Below, piece after piece: positions 26,144 to 38,892 of a stretch of DNA of 64,000 bases. Made by a program: the position numbers and the translations under genes. The notes beneath the pieces were generated by a model. That model saw only the letters and a program-made list of their open reading frames with translations, had not been told where the DNA came from and ran no database searches. This stretch comes from Lama guanicoe (taxonomy: Eukaryota), in assembly GCA_013239625.1 (NCBI GenBank), contig MU053557.1, positions 5,157,842 to 5,221,841 on the forward strand, read 5' to 3'. How positions within the stretch are numbered: the stretch's first letter is position 1; every line of letters begins with the position of its first letter.

Positions 26144-26349
26144 CAGCTGACCCTTGAACACCATGGGTTTGAATTGCACAGGTCCACTTATATGTGGGTT
26201 TTGTTTCAGTAGTAAATGCTAGTTGATGGGCTGAATCCACAGATACAGAGGAACCTCGGATGCTGAGAGCTGGCTAAGTTATGCGCGAATTTTCCACTGT
26301 GCGGCCTGTCTGTCCCCACTAACCCCCCACGTTGTTCAAGAATGAACTG
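26144..26349. mobile_element. Tigger2/MER8-like TcMar MITE
   Basis: Terminal inverted repeats cagctgacccttgaaca ... tgttcaagaatgaactg followed by TA. Confidence 0.75.
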
Positions 26350-27691
26350 TACCTCCGTGTTCCAGGCACTGTGTCAGACGCTGGGTTAGAGCAGGGACAA
26401 GGACGATGTGGCCTGCCCTCAGGAGGCTTATTCTAATGGATTGACAGACCAAAACATAAGATCCTCGCTGGTACTGTGGAGACCACAGTAAAGAGTTTGG
26501 ATTTCTCTTGTGAGAAGCCGTCAGAGAGCTGAAAACTCTGTTGTGAATACTCAGTAGGAAAGCAGGTCCCCTTTCCTCCTCGGGCTCCATCTTCAGACAC
26601 TTCCAAGGAGAGGCTTCGGAGATGTTATCCTGGTGTTCCTATCACCCAGAGCCTGCACTCACCCCTCCCTCTTGTCCCCAGACCCTCCCGCGGGGACTGC
26701 GGCGGACAATCCCACATCCTCGGGGCAGAATCAAGATGGCATCTTTCTCAGACAGTGGCTCAGTGTGGGAGCCTGTCCTCTACCTGGGCTCCCCTGGGTG
26801 GGGACTCTCTCCCTGTGCCCCCTCCCTGCCTGTCCTCACTGGCTTCCCAAGGCAGAGGTCCACCCCTCCTGTTCTGTTTTGTCAAGGGGACAGCAGCTAA
26901 GCGCCTTTGTGAGCCATCCTGCCCTCTGGAAGCCTAGGACACACACCAGGGGAACGAGACACACCTGACAGCCAGTCTGGCTCCAGCAAAGAGACATTTG
27001 CACTGGGAGCAAAGCCTCTGTGTGGACAAGTGGAGACAGATAAGGCTGCAGAGAGCGTTGGCTGGGGCCAGATTGCACTGCACCCCAAATACCTGGCCAA
27101 GAGGCCTCCCCTTCATCCTGTGGGCACTGGGAAGCTACTGAGTTTTCCTTTTTTCTTTTTCTTTTTCCTTTTTAACAGCTTTATGGAGGTGCCACTTACA
27201 TATCATAAAAGGCACCTACTTTAGAAATGATTCAGTAATTTTTAGTAAATTTACAGAGTCGTGCAGCCATGACCACAATCCAGTTTTAGAACATTTCCAT
27301 CATCCCAGGAAGATCCCCAGTGTCCCTGTTTACAGCTAATCCTTGTTCCCACGCCCAGCCCCAGGCAACCACTAATGTACTTCCTGGCGCTCTCACTGAA
27401 GGCTATGTGCAGAGGAGCCGAATAGTCAGCGCAGGGCTTTGGCAGTAAGTCTGGAAAGGGTGAAATCCACTGGGAGGCCTAGTAGGAGGCTGGCTATTCC
27501 TTCATTCCTCATCGCCTGAGCACTGCCAGGTGCCAGGCTCTGTGCTGGAAGCTGGGGATAAAGTGGATGAAACCTGGCAATCCCGGTGATCCAGGTGAGA
27601 CACCCTGGGTCTGGCTGGTGGCTGCAGGGGTGGGCTGTGGGGAGAAGTTTTGTGGGCCTCCCTCCTCACTCTGGCCTCTTTCCCTCTCCAG

Positions 27692-28411
27692 ATGGACAGC
27701 ACCCAAGACAAGAAGACCCCCACGCCACAGTCTCAGAGCCGGAGCTGCTCAGAACTGCATAAGCACCTCACCTCGGTGCCATCCTGTCTCCGGGCTAAAG
27801 CCCGCTCCCCAGATCGAGGTCTGCGGCCATCACTACCCCTGAGTCCTCGGCTTCCTGCCAAAGAGGATGAGGAGGTGGGCGAAGACTGCTTGAGCCCCCA
27901 GCTGGCTCCAGCCTCTCCCAGGGACTCCGCAGCACTAGGCAAGGCAGGCCTCGGCACCCAGGTTTCCCAGGAGGACATGCAGGCCATGGTGCAGCTCATT
28001 CGCTACATGCACACCTACTGCCTCCCCCAGAGGAAGCTGCCCACACAGGCCCCAGAGCCAGCCCCCCAGCCCTGCAGCAGCCCCTCCAAGCAGGTCAGAC
28101 CCCGGCCTCGGCCCCAGTACCCTTCCAAAGCCACCTGGGCTGAGTTCTCTATCCTGAGGGAACTTCTGGCTCAGGATGTCCTCTGTGATGTCAGCAAACC
28201 CTACCGCCTGGCCACACCTGTCTATGCCTCCCTCACCCCCCGGCCACGGCCCAGGCCCAAAGACAGCCAGGCCTCCCCAGGCCACCCGTCCCCTGTGGAG
28301 GAGGTGAGGGTCTCGGCTTCTCCCAAGAGCTCGGGGCCCAGACCCAGCTTGCGCCCGCTGCGGCTGGAAGTAAAAGGGCACGTCGGCCGGTCGGCCAGGC
28401 TGCAGCCAGAG

Positions 28412-28446
<35 letters not shown>

Positions 28447-28817
28447 AGAAAAAGAGGAGGAGGAGGAGTGGGGCCGGAAAAGGCTAGGCCGAGGCCTGCC
28501 GTGGACCAAGCTGGGGAAGAAGCAGGAGAGCTCTGTGTGCCCTGTGCGGCGTTCAAGGAGACTGAACCCTGAGCTGGGACCCTGGCTCACGTTCACCGAT
28601 GAGCCGCTGGTCCCTGAGGAGCCCCGAGGGGCTCTGCCCTCACTGTGTCTGGCTCCCAAGGACGTGGACAGGGAGCTGGGCAGCCCCACGGATGAGGACA
28701 GTGGCCAAGACCAGCAGCTTCTACGGGGACCCCAGATCCCAGCTCTGGAGAGCCCCTGTGAGAGCGGGTGTGGGGACACGGATGAGGACCCCAGCTGCCT
28801 GCGGATCCCTTCCAGAG
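27692..28817 (+). CDS. PPARGC1B: PPARGC1B exon 5 (LRELL box, poly-Glu tract)
   Basis: Boundaries ctctccag|ATG...AGA G|gtagtc, 1126 bp, inside the 446-aa ORF. Contains [39 protein letters not shown], a poly-E run and [10 protein letters not shown]. Confidence 0.96.
28409..28468 (+). repeat. Coding GAG/GAA repeat (poly-Glu)
   Basis: Encodes [20 protein letters not shown] in exon 5. Confidence 0.9.
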
Positions 28818-29663
28818 GTAGTCCGAGTCGGTGGTCCGAGAGGTGGGGGGCAGGGCCGGGGTGTGGCACACCCCACTGCACGGGAACCAGGAGCCCTGTG
28901 TTGGGCAAATCCCTTCCCTCTGGCTCTCAATTTCCCTTCCTGTGCAATGGGCCGTTGGGCAGACCTTCAGGAATCCCCCCACATCTCTGAGTTTTTCATC
29001 ATGTACGGGCCAGGTGCCACTTAATGTACAAGGAGCAGGATGCCTGTCTTCGTGGGGCTTGTTTCAGTGAGGGAGACGGGCAATCAAAAAGTAAGCAAAA
29101 AAGGAAGATGATTACAAATTGTGATAAGTGCTCTAGGGGAGACTTCCTGGGTGACGATGTGGTAACCATAGTGGTTAATGCAATAGTTACCTATTTTATA
29201 CTTATTATCAGTCTGACTTAAGGCAGATTATCCCCGTTGATCCTCACAGGAAGCCCGTGTGGTCGGTACAGTTGTAATTCCCGTATGAAGACACAGAAAC
29301 GAGGCACAGAGATGTAGTGGTCAGTTCAGCCAGTCAGTCCCGCCTCTACATGGGGCAGAGCCCACAGCCCTGGGAACTAGAACGCTTCACCATTGTGCTA
29401 CCCTGACTGGCCAGAAGGGGTCGCCCTGGTACCCACCGACTCTGCACCATCCAGTGGACCCGCCCGCAGATGATGTTGCTGAGTGTGGGAATGAAGGTGG
29501 ATTTGAGCTGTTCCTGCCCTTCTCTAAGGTGTTTGGGTCACATGCCCGAAGGAAGCTGTGCTTGGTACCGATGAAATTCAGGGTCTCTTACAGAGGGAAG
29601 CATCTGCTAGCAATGCTATGTTGGGGAATCTTATCTTTTTTTTCTTTTTTGTCTTCTTTTCAG

Positions 29664-29700
29664 ACTCTCCCCGGTGCCTCATGCTGGCCTTGTCACAAAG
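29664..29700 (+). CDS. PPARGC1B: PPARGC1B exon 6 (37 bp)
   Basis: Long pyrimidine tract, then ttttcag|AC TCT CCC CGG TGC CTC ATG CTG GCC TTG TCA CAA AG|gtagct = DSPRCLMLALSQ. Phases match the neighbouring exons. Confidence 0.94.
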
Positions 29701-30170
29701 GTAGCTTTTTAGAAATTGTCAGTTTACTATTCTGTGAGATCTTGTCTTGTTGATTGTTGGGTGGTTCTGTAGGAGCTGGGCTTCTTAGAAGGGAGTTTGT
29801 TTTTAGAAGTTGGTCTCCACAGGCCCAGGGGAAATATGGGGAGTTTCGTGGGGAAAAGCTGATAATGCTGTGCGGCTTTGGGCAAGTCTCTTCTCCTCTC
29901 TGGGCCTCAGGGCTTCTGTCTGTAAAATAAGGGGGCTGATGATGCTTGTCCTGTCTGCATCTCCAGCAGATCTCTCCCATATTTCCTAAAAGACCTACGT
30001 AGCTTTGAGTTTCTTTAACAGCCAGGATCGAGGGAGGTCCCTGCAAATTGTTCCCAGACCCCGCTTTCTTGGGCAGCAGAACTAGGGTCTGTCACAATGT
30101 CCCCTTGCCTTCCTGCTTGGGAAGGTGGAGCCTGCTGCTGACTGGGCTCTTCCCTTCCTGTCCTCCCTAG

Positions 30171-30244
30171 CCCCACCGGTGACCCCCCTTTTGGCAAGAA
30201 GAGTTTCGAGCAGACCTTGACGGTGGAGCTCTGTGGCACGGCAG
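30171..30244 (+). CDS. PPARGC1B: PPARGC1B exon 7 (74 bp)
   Basis: Boundaries tccctag|C CCC ACC GGT GAC...GCA G|gtgagc = (S)PTGDPPFGKKSFEQTLTVELCGTA. Phase-consistent. Confidence 0.9.
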
Positions 30245-31395
30245 GTGAGCCGGGGGCTCAGCTAGTGGGGTGCCCTTGGGAGAGCAGCCCTTTGGGCAGT
30301 AAGGGGGTGCCCCACAAGCCCTCCTTGCCACCGCTGCACAGGCTACACCTGGTCTTGAGATGCACATTGAGGGCATTATAAGGAGAGTGGGGCTGAGGCT
30401 CAGCTGTTCAGCTGCAAACAATTGGCACGTGACCTGATGTGAATAGAAAGAGACATGTCTTCCTCCGAAGGAGCCCGCAGTCTTATGTGGGAGACAGACT
30501 CACACCAGGACACATACTGTTTGATCTGTGCTAGTTCCAAAGACTGTGCAAGAGCTCTGGGAGCACAGAGGAAGGGCCAGGATGGGGAGGGGCAGGATGT
30601 GGCCTGGGAAGATTCACAGGATACCCAGAGCAGCAGGCATCTGAGCTGGGCTTGCAAGATGAGTAAAAGTTGGAGAGACAAAAAAAGGCAAGGGTATCCC
30701 TGGCAGCAGAATCGACATGAGCAAAGGCGTGAAGGAGCAAAAGTACAGGTGCTTCTGAGAAGACTGGCCACCTGTGCCGTGCTGTGGCGGAACTGGGGGG
30801 TCAGGCAAGAGCATCCACCAAAGGCTGAGTGGAACGCCTGGCTGAAGGGTTTCATCTAGATCCTGTTGGCTTCAGGAGCCCCAGAGAGGAGGAGGCCCCT
30901 GGCATTCTGGCAAGTTCCCTCTGGTGCCTGGGGGAGGATGGAAGCCAAGGTCAGGTGCAGGAGCATTAAGATCACTGTGGTGGTCAAATCCAGGTGGCAG
31001 GTTTTACCCGTGGTACCTGCTCCCTCTACACCCTGGGGGATATCAGAGTTATTTGGGAGGACCAGTTGGAAGGGTTTGTGGAATGAATGATTGTGGAGCA
31101 GGAAAAGGGATCTCAGGTGACCTGGAGGCTTTGGCTACCATTGCCAGGCTACAGAAGGGATGGATTTCACCACGTGCCAGCTCTGAGAAATTGTTGACAG
31201 ACTGTGTGAGAAGGAGTCCCAGGCTACGTCCGGGCTCGGCCAGAAATGCAGTGATCGATTAGTGATGCCTCCCATCCAGTAGGTTTGGGGAGTGGTGACA
31301 CATATACCACTTCTTAGCCATCCCAAGCTAGGATCTCAGTGTCCCTTGGAGAAGTGATCTGTCTCTCCCTCACGTTTTTCTTCCTTCTTGGGTAG

Positions 31396-32197
31396 GACTC
31401 ACGCCACCCACCACGCCTCCATACAAGCCCACAGAGGAGGACCCCTTCAAGCCGGACATCAAGCACAGCCCAGGCAAAGACATAGCTCCCAGCCGCCTCG
31501 CCCCAGAGGGCCTCCAGCTTGGGGCCATCACAGGGGCTGCCCACAAGCTGCCAAAGAAGCATCCAGAGCGGAGCGAGCTCCTGTCCCACCTGCAGCATGC
31601 CACAGCCCAGCCAGCCTCCCAGGCTGGTCAGAAGCGCCCCTTCTCCTGTTCCTTTGGAGACCACGACTACTGCCAGGTGCTCAAGCCAGAAGGCGCCCTG
31701 CAGAGGAAGGTGCTGAGGTCCTGGGAGCCGTCTGGGGTCCACCTTGAGGATTGGCCCCAGCGAGGTGCCCCACGGGCTGAAGCACAGGCCTCTGACAGGG
31801 TGGAAGACAGAAGCTGTGACGTCGGTGCCCCCAGCAGGGACAGTACGCTGCTGAGAGACCACGAGATCCGCGCCAGCCTCACCAAGCACTTTGGGCTCCT
31901 GGAGATAGCCTTGGAGGACGAAGACTTGGCCTCCTGCAAGAGCCCCGAATATGACACTGTCTTTGAGGACAGCAGTAGCAGCAGTGGCGAGAGCAGCTTC
32001 CTCCTGGAGGAAGAGGACGACGAGGAGGAGGATGACGACGAAGAAGAGGACTCAGGGGTCAGTCCCCCTCGCTCTGACCACTGCCCCTACCAGAGCCCAC
32101 CAAGCAAGGCCAGTCAGCAGCTCTGTTCCCGCAGCCGCTCCAGCTCCGGCTCCTCATCCTGCCGCTCCCGGTCACCAGCCACAAGGAGGACCTTCAG
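31396..32197 (+). CDS. PPARGC1B: PPARGC1B exon 8 (GLTPPTTPP motif, DHDY HCF-1-binding motif, acidic and Ser-rich tracts)
   Basis: Boundaries gggtag|GA CTC ACG CCA...TTC AG|gtatag, 802 bp. DHDY codons at 31659-31670. Includes [16 protein letters not shown] and [10 protein letters not shown]. Confidence 0.96.
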
Positions 32198-32548
32198 GTA
32201 TAGATGGGTGGGTGGCCTCAGGAGGGACAGTGGGGCAGCCGAGTATCCCGGTTCCAGGGTGTCAGGGAAGAGAGGAGCCCTGAAACTGGGGCTACATCTC
32301 CCTGTGTGTTCTGGGTCCTGGTCAGAGGCTTTGGAGGTGGACTTTCTTGGGGGAGTTGTGGGCAAGTCCTAGAGGCTAACAGAGCCCTAACTCTGCTGGA
32401 GTGGCCCAAGTCCCCTGGCCTCAGGGGAGGAAGAAAACCCACTGTCCGACTCTTTGTGGCCTTGTATCTGAAGGAACTTGCCCCTTATTCATCTGTTTCT
32501 GCTTTTGCATTTATGAAGGGGATAGGTTTGGGGGTAAATAAGCATATA

Positions 32549-32747
32549 CAGTTGACCCTTGAACGAGGTGAGGGTTCCCTTTGCACAGTGGAATATTTAC
32601 AGTCGGCCCTCCTTGTCCGAGGTTCCTCGCATCCGCAGATTCAACCACTAACGACCAGCCACCTGGTGCTATTATGTTTGCTGTTGAAAAAAATCCCAGT
32701 GTAAGTGGACCCACAGAGTCCAAACCGATGTTGTTCAAGGGTCAACA
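32549..32747. mobile_element. Tigger2/MER8-like TcMar MITE, opposite orientation to the 26144 copy
   Basis: TA-cagttgacccttgaac ... gttcaagggtcaac terminal inverted repeats. Confidence 0.78.
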
Positions 32748-35174
32748 TACCCACGCAGTGTGATACCTATGTAATATTTATGTATAAAAGAAAGATTCAC
32801 ATAATTGTAGCCTGTGTTCTAAAAAATACCTGGATTTAAAGCGGCGATAAGGTTGTTTCCATTTCTTGGTGCTGCTGACTTGCGCAGTCAGCCACCCCCG
32901 TGGGAGCTCTTCGCACAAGGATGATGTGTCATGAGCTTGTTTGCTCACTGAACCGGACTGTAGAAGGGAACAGTCCAGAAGTCAGCGGGGAGCTGGGCAG
33001 AAGGAACTGAGGTTTGGCCTATTTTGGTGGAGACAGGTTGCTTCCCTCCCTGATCACAGCAGGACCTGGCTCTTCCTGGGGGAGACCGATGGAGGGTGGG
33101 TACGGGTCCCTCCAAACCCAAACCCTCTGCGGAGATGCGCCTGAGTGACCACTAGGGGGTGCTCTTGAGTCCAGAGCAGTGCTGCAGAGTCACCCGGAGG
33201 GCTTGTTAGCTTGCAGTCGGCTGGGCCCCGCCTCTGGAGTGTCTGGTTTTGTAGGTCTGGACGGCAAGGGGGTGGATAATTTGCATTTCTAATAAGTTCC
33301 CGGGTAATGATGACATCGCCAGAATGCCATACTCTGAGAAGCAGAATTCAGGTAAAAGAAAGATACTTTTTCTTAGAAAAATCCAGCTTTGTATTTACTT
33401 ATCTTTACCAGTGGCTCTTAGCTGAAAATCTGATTAAAGCAAACCTCTTTTCCTCATTAAGATGTGCATAGATGTCCAAGTGGGCATTCAGTTTTTGGGG
33501 ATTCATGGACTCACCAGACACTAATGTTATGAAGGCCTGAACTCAAGAAGAACTCATTTTGAGCAATTTCTCTAAAGGCCCTTCTATATAATCAGCCAGG
33601 ACAGTCAAGCTGTCTTCTGTCAGGCCTCTTTGAGCCCTCTTTCCAGCTCTGTTCTCTTTTCCCCGGGGGTCGCTGTGAGCTAGCCCTCCTCGTGTTCACA
33701 TTAGGCAGTTTCCTCTGCAGTGTGCCTGCTCAGAAGCTACTGAGGTTCCCCTCCTGGTGAGGTGCACCCCCGAGGCCGGAGCTGGAGCTTCTCAGCCTCC
33801 TTTCCCTCCTGACCTGCTCAGAGCCTGTCCCCATGGGCTTGCCTGCAAAGAGTTGGGAGCCTGTCTCGAAACCCCCACGGATTCTCCTTTTTTTCTTCTT
33901 GCTTTTGGGCCACGTTCAGGGCTGGCTTTTTCTACCACTAGAGAAGGTGGGTTGATTAACTCAGCTCCTGCTCAGCTGCCTGGCAGAGCTTGGTGGCTGG
34001 TAAGCCTGAGAAAGTAGTCATCAGCCTTCACCAGACCAACATGTGCTTCTGCTACCACACAGTGGTCAATGGGGAGCACTTGGAGCTGGTTTAACAATGC
34101 AAACCCCAAGCCCCACAGTGCCTTCCAGTCACTCTCAGCTCTTTAGGTGGGGAAACTGCCAGTTCTGTTGCAGATGGATGGTGATACTGTTATTGTAGAG
34201 CACCTTAGAGTTCGCAAGTCACACCTCCTTCTCTTATCGTACATGAACTTCACAAATGTACTTGGAGGGTGAGTCTGCTTCTTATCCCCATTTTATAGAT
34301 GAGGAAGCTGAGGCTCAAAGAGGTTCAATAGAAAAATATTGCCAGCAATTATTGAGCCCTTGCATGTTCTGATTTGATCCTCCCAAGTGGCCGAGGAGGC
34401 GGATACAATTGATTCTCTCTATTTTACAGATAAACTGGAGCTGAGGGCTTAAGTAGCCAGCCCAAGGTCACCCAGCAGGGAGGTGGGTACAGTCAGGATT
34501 CAGCACAGGCTGCCCGACTGCAGAACCCCTGCTGTCATCCTCTGCTGTATTTCCCAGGACGTGGGCAGCGTGTGGCCGTGCTCCCTCCACTCCAGCTGCC
34601 TGGCCCTCAGGAGGAGAGGGTAGTGTGCAGACAGGAGCCGCCTCAGGCTGTGTATCCAGACTGATCAGCCTGCTAGCTGGCCCGGATGTTGGGGCTGTGA
34701 CAGCAGGGGTTGCTTCCTGGCTGGGCACCACCCACGGGAGGGTGCCTCTCTCCGGCTCTGGCTCCCCCACTTTCTAGCTTTGGGCAAATTTCATGTTGAA
34801 CCTGAGCCTCAGGGTTTTCATCTGGAAAATGGGGAAACATAAGACCTCATAGGATGACTTTCACCAGGTGAAATACCGTAATGAAGTGAAAGGGGCTTTC
34901 TACCCCCAGTGGCATAGAAAGGTTCCCAAGGGTGGTTCTCCGGGATCTCATCCCAGAAGCTGGCAGAAGGCTTGTGTTGGGCACAGTGTTCAGACCCCCA
35001 CACAGCCCTGGGCGGTCACCGCTGCCGGGGGGAAGCTGGGCTTCTGCAGGAGGGCCTGCTCATAGTCCTGCCCTCATGAACGAGTCCTAAAGGAGCTGAA
35101 GAAGCATCCCTTGCCTCCGCCCGCCGTGGTCCCTGCTGAGAGTGAGTGCCTCTGCTTTGCTTGTTCACTGACAG

Positions 35175-35250
35175 ATGTGGGAGCAGAGGGTCGTGTTCAG
35201 ACGGAATGCCAAGCGTCCGGCACGCCAGGAAGCGGCGGGAAAAGGCCATT
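35175..35250 (+). CDS. PPARGC1B: PPARGC1B exon 9
   Basis: Boundaries ctgacag|A TGT...ATT|gtaagt, 76 bp. Encodes (R)[25 protein letters not shown]. Confidence 0.95.
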
Positions 35251-37342
35251 GTAAGTGATTTGGGGCCCCAGAGCCCCGCGTGAACGGGGACCGGCAGGGG
35301 CATCCGGAAGTGCTGGGGCTTCGCAGGCCGGAAGCCCTTTGGGGTCGGTTGTGGCCTGTAGAAGATAATTCTGTTTCTGTCATTTTTAAAAGCAAGGATC
35401 CCCAAGGGCGTCAAAGGTGGCACCGTGCAAAATGCAGCCAAGAAACTGGCTGGGAGGCGTGTAGTTGGTGGTGGTTCAGGGCTAAGAGTCAGAGGCTCGA
35501 CGAGGCCCCCCGGGGGGGCAGGCTGTGATGGGGGAGCAGAGCCAGCCCGACCAGGCCTCCAACCAGCCCTGCCTCCACTTCTGTGTGACCTTGGGCAGCT
35601 CCCCCCGCTTCCCTGAGCCTCAGTTTACTCATCTGCACACAAAGGTGTTGGGCCTTGTACTCCTGAGAGTCCCCTGGCTTGATTAGAGCTAAGAGACCGA
35701 GAGAGCCTGTCCCTTCCTCCCGACCCGCCTCCCTAATCCTCCCTCAGAGTTAGTCCAGAGGCCCAGGCTATGCCCAGTGGACCCACTACAAAGTACCCTG
35801 CAGAGAGGTTTCATCAGGAAGCTGTAGCAGGGACCTGGAGCAGCCCCTCCAAGTCACTAGAAAGGAAGGAAGGAAAAGTAAGACAGAAGCATGAAAAGAC
35901 GCATAGACTCTCACTAGATTCTTTTCACCTGGACTTGGTGCTTTAGGACGGGGCGGGGTGGTAGGGACACACAAGGTATTCCTACCCCAGAGGTACGCGG
36001 TTATCTGCAAGCAGGTACTTAAAAACACATGGAGTGTCTTCTTGGAATCCATGTGTGACCATTCGGCTGTTGCAGCATGCCTGGCACTGCTCTAGACCTT
36101 GAATGACAGCAGTGAATAAGACAAACAAGTTCCCCACTCCCATGCTTGGGCCAGAAGGGAGCGAAAGAACAGGCCCGTGAACAAAGCAGTAAACACTGTG
36201 ATTACACATTGGGAGGTGCACTGTGAAATTAATTACGTCACTACTAAACGTCTGAAAACAGCAGTCATGTTTTGACTAGTGGGGAGGATGTATTTACGTG
36301 GTGGTCTGGGAGGGGCATCTGCATGGAGCTGGGCCCTGGGGGTTGAAAGGAGCCAACCAAGCAAAGATCAGGAGGACAGTGGGGCAGAGGCAAGGGCCTT
36401 GTGAGTTCAAGAGCTGGAGGAGGCTGGGGGAGGGCATTTGTACACTGAGCTGGACTCAGGCTGTCCTGGGGTGGGACGTGCGGTTCCTGGGACTGTGCAG
36501 CAGGGCACGTGCTTTCCTCTCTGCCCTCTGGGGTGCACAAGGGAATGGCTAGAGAGTCACTGGCCTTAACCTGTTCCCGGAGAAAGCCTGTCTAAACCAG
36601 AAGCTGGTGGTTTTGCCCACCAGAGCACAGGTGTCCAGGAACATGGCTGGAGTTCCTCCCGCAAGTCAAAGGGACTCTTCCAATAGCCGTGGCTTTGACT
36701 GGATCCAGTCGCAGATGGTAGAGGAGAGGAGGGGAGGTTCCAGCTGGGCTTCCCCTCCCCTCCTCTACTGGGCAGTTCTAGGGACATGGCACCAAGCTCC
36801 CCTGAAGGTGACCTCTTGGTCTGTGTCTACACAGTACGCTGCCAAAAGCAAAAATAATGATGGCTCCAAGCCTGATGCCCTTGTCCCCTTGCTTTCCTCC
36901 CAGCCTACTCTGAGCCATAGCGACCTGGTCCCAGGGCTCATCCATTACCCTCCTCGGCAGCTTGCCCTTCCACCCCAGTGCCTCCCCGACTGCCAGAAAA
37001 AGTCAAACTCAAAACAAATACAGAAGCTACTGAGCGTGCAGTTACGTTAATGGTGATGACTCCTCCTTTTCCCGCCCCATCTGCTCACTTCCTGCAAGTA
37101 AGCAGTTGCTTCCTTTGGGGCCACGACCTGATCCGCCGCTCCACAGCCCCCTCCGCCCACAGGGCAGGGCGTCTGGGATAGCTACCGTCATTGTCCCCTC
37201 TCTGCCCACAGCCCCAGCTGGTATCGCTGACTCAGCCAGGCCACCTGGACTGGGGACGAGGACCCCAAGGGAGCCCCCCCCACCAGGGGGCTCTGGAAGC
37301 CAGGCAATGATGACCAGTTTCTCTGTGTCCTCCCTCGGGCAG

Positions 37343-37464
37343 GGCGAAGGCCGCGTGGTATACGTTCAAAATCTCTCCAGCGACATGAGCTCCCACGAGC
37401 TGAAGAGACGCTTCGAAGTGTTTGGCGAGATTGTGGAGTGCCAGGTGCTGACGAGAAGCAAGAG
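37343..37464 (+). CDS. PPARGC1B: PPARGC1B exon 10 (RRM N-half, RNP2)
   Basis: Boundaries gggcag|GGC...AAG AG|gtgagt, 122 bp. Encodes [40 protein letters not shown]. Confidence 0.96.
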
Positions 37465-38189
37465 GTGAGTCAGGCTCTCGCTAGGGAGGGGAGTGGGGGC
37501 GCAGAGGTCCCAATTCAGGCCACACAGAAGATGCTCGAGAAGATTTGGTGAAGAAATCTACCACCAGGCACAGGAGAAGGAAGGACCAGTAACAATCGTG
37601 CAGCCCAGTAATAGCAACAAATACAAACTGATAATTTGCTGAAGTGTGAGGCAATTTCCATGCAGTCTGTTACGTAAACTTTCCAACACACCTGTGACAT
37701 GTGCGCTCTTATTCCTTCTATTGCTCTCCTTTCTGGGGAGCTCAGACGCGTTAACTGAGCAGCTACTAGTTAGTGGCAGAGGCAGATCTGCAGCCCATGT
37801 GTCAGCTTCAGGTTTTCCACTCTCAGCCTGGTCGGGGCCCACAAGCCCCTGGTGACTGAAGGCACACTTGCATTGGGATCTCAGTTCACTATAAGCCCCA
37901 TGCTGCTCGTCCCTCCCTTCTCTGCAGCTACCAGTGTCTGGCCTTCCCTTCTGCTGGTCAGCCCTGATTTTTCCTCACTCACCTGGGGAAGCAGTGTTTC
38001 ATCTGTCAGGGGATCTGCAAGAGTAGGTGGTGTATAAATGCACAACTTAAATATCAAAACTGTTGGCTTTGAGATAATTCTGAAGGATCTCCCATCATAC
38101 TTGCAAACTAAGTTACTGAGGTTTTAAAACTCTAATTTAATACTAATGTTTCAAAACTTTAACAAGAAAATCATTTCTGTGTAAGAATC

Positions 38190-38892
38190 ACAACACATCT
38201 CGCATCCCTTAGGGTGGTTACAGAAAGTGACAAGTGTTGGTGAGGATGTGGAGAAATGGGAACCCTTGTGTACTACTGGTGGGAATGTAAATGGTGCAGT
38301 CACTGTGGAAAAGTGTGGAGTTTCCTCAAAAAATTAAACATAGAATTACCATTTGATCCAGCAATTCTTCTTCTGGGTGTGTAATCAAAAGAATTGAAAG
38401 CAAAATCTTGAAGAGATATTTGCACATCCATGTTATTCACAACAGCCAGGCGGCGAAAACAACCTGACTGTCCGTTGATAGGTGAATGGATAAACAAAAT
38501 GTATACGTGTGCAGTTAAATACTATTAGTCAATCTTTAAAAGGAAGGGAATCAGTCCTGTCACATGCTACAACATGGATGAACTTTGAGCACATTATGCT
38601 AAGTGAAAATAAGCCAGTCACAAAAAGACAAATACTGCGTGATTCCACTTACATGGGGTATCTGAAATAATCAAATTCATAGAAACAGAAAGTAGAATGG
38701 TGGTATCCAGGGGCTGGGAAGAGCAGGTATAGGAACTTGTTGTTTGATGGATGCAGAGTTTCAGTTTTGCAAAGTTCTGGAGATCCATCACACAACAATA
38801 TAAATATACTTAACACTTCAAAACTGTATGCTTAAAAGTAATAAAGATGGTAAATTTAATGTTATGTGTTTTGAATCACAATTTTTAAAAAG
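38190..38892 (+). mobile_element. L1M (L1MA/MB-like) 3' fragment
   Basis: aagtgttggtgaggatgtggagaaatgggaacc, tagaattaccatttgatccagcaatt, acaacatggatgaactttgag, with an A-rich end. Confidence 0.85.

Noticed and set aside
28222..28908. 228-aa antisense ORF with poly-Ser
   Set aside because: Shadow of GC-rich exon 5; the poly-Ser is the reverse complement of the poly-Glu codons.
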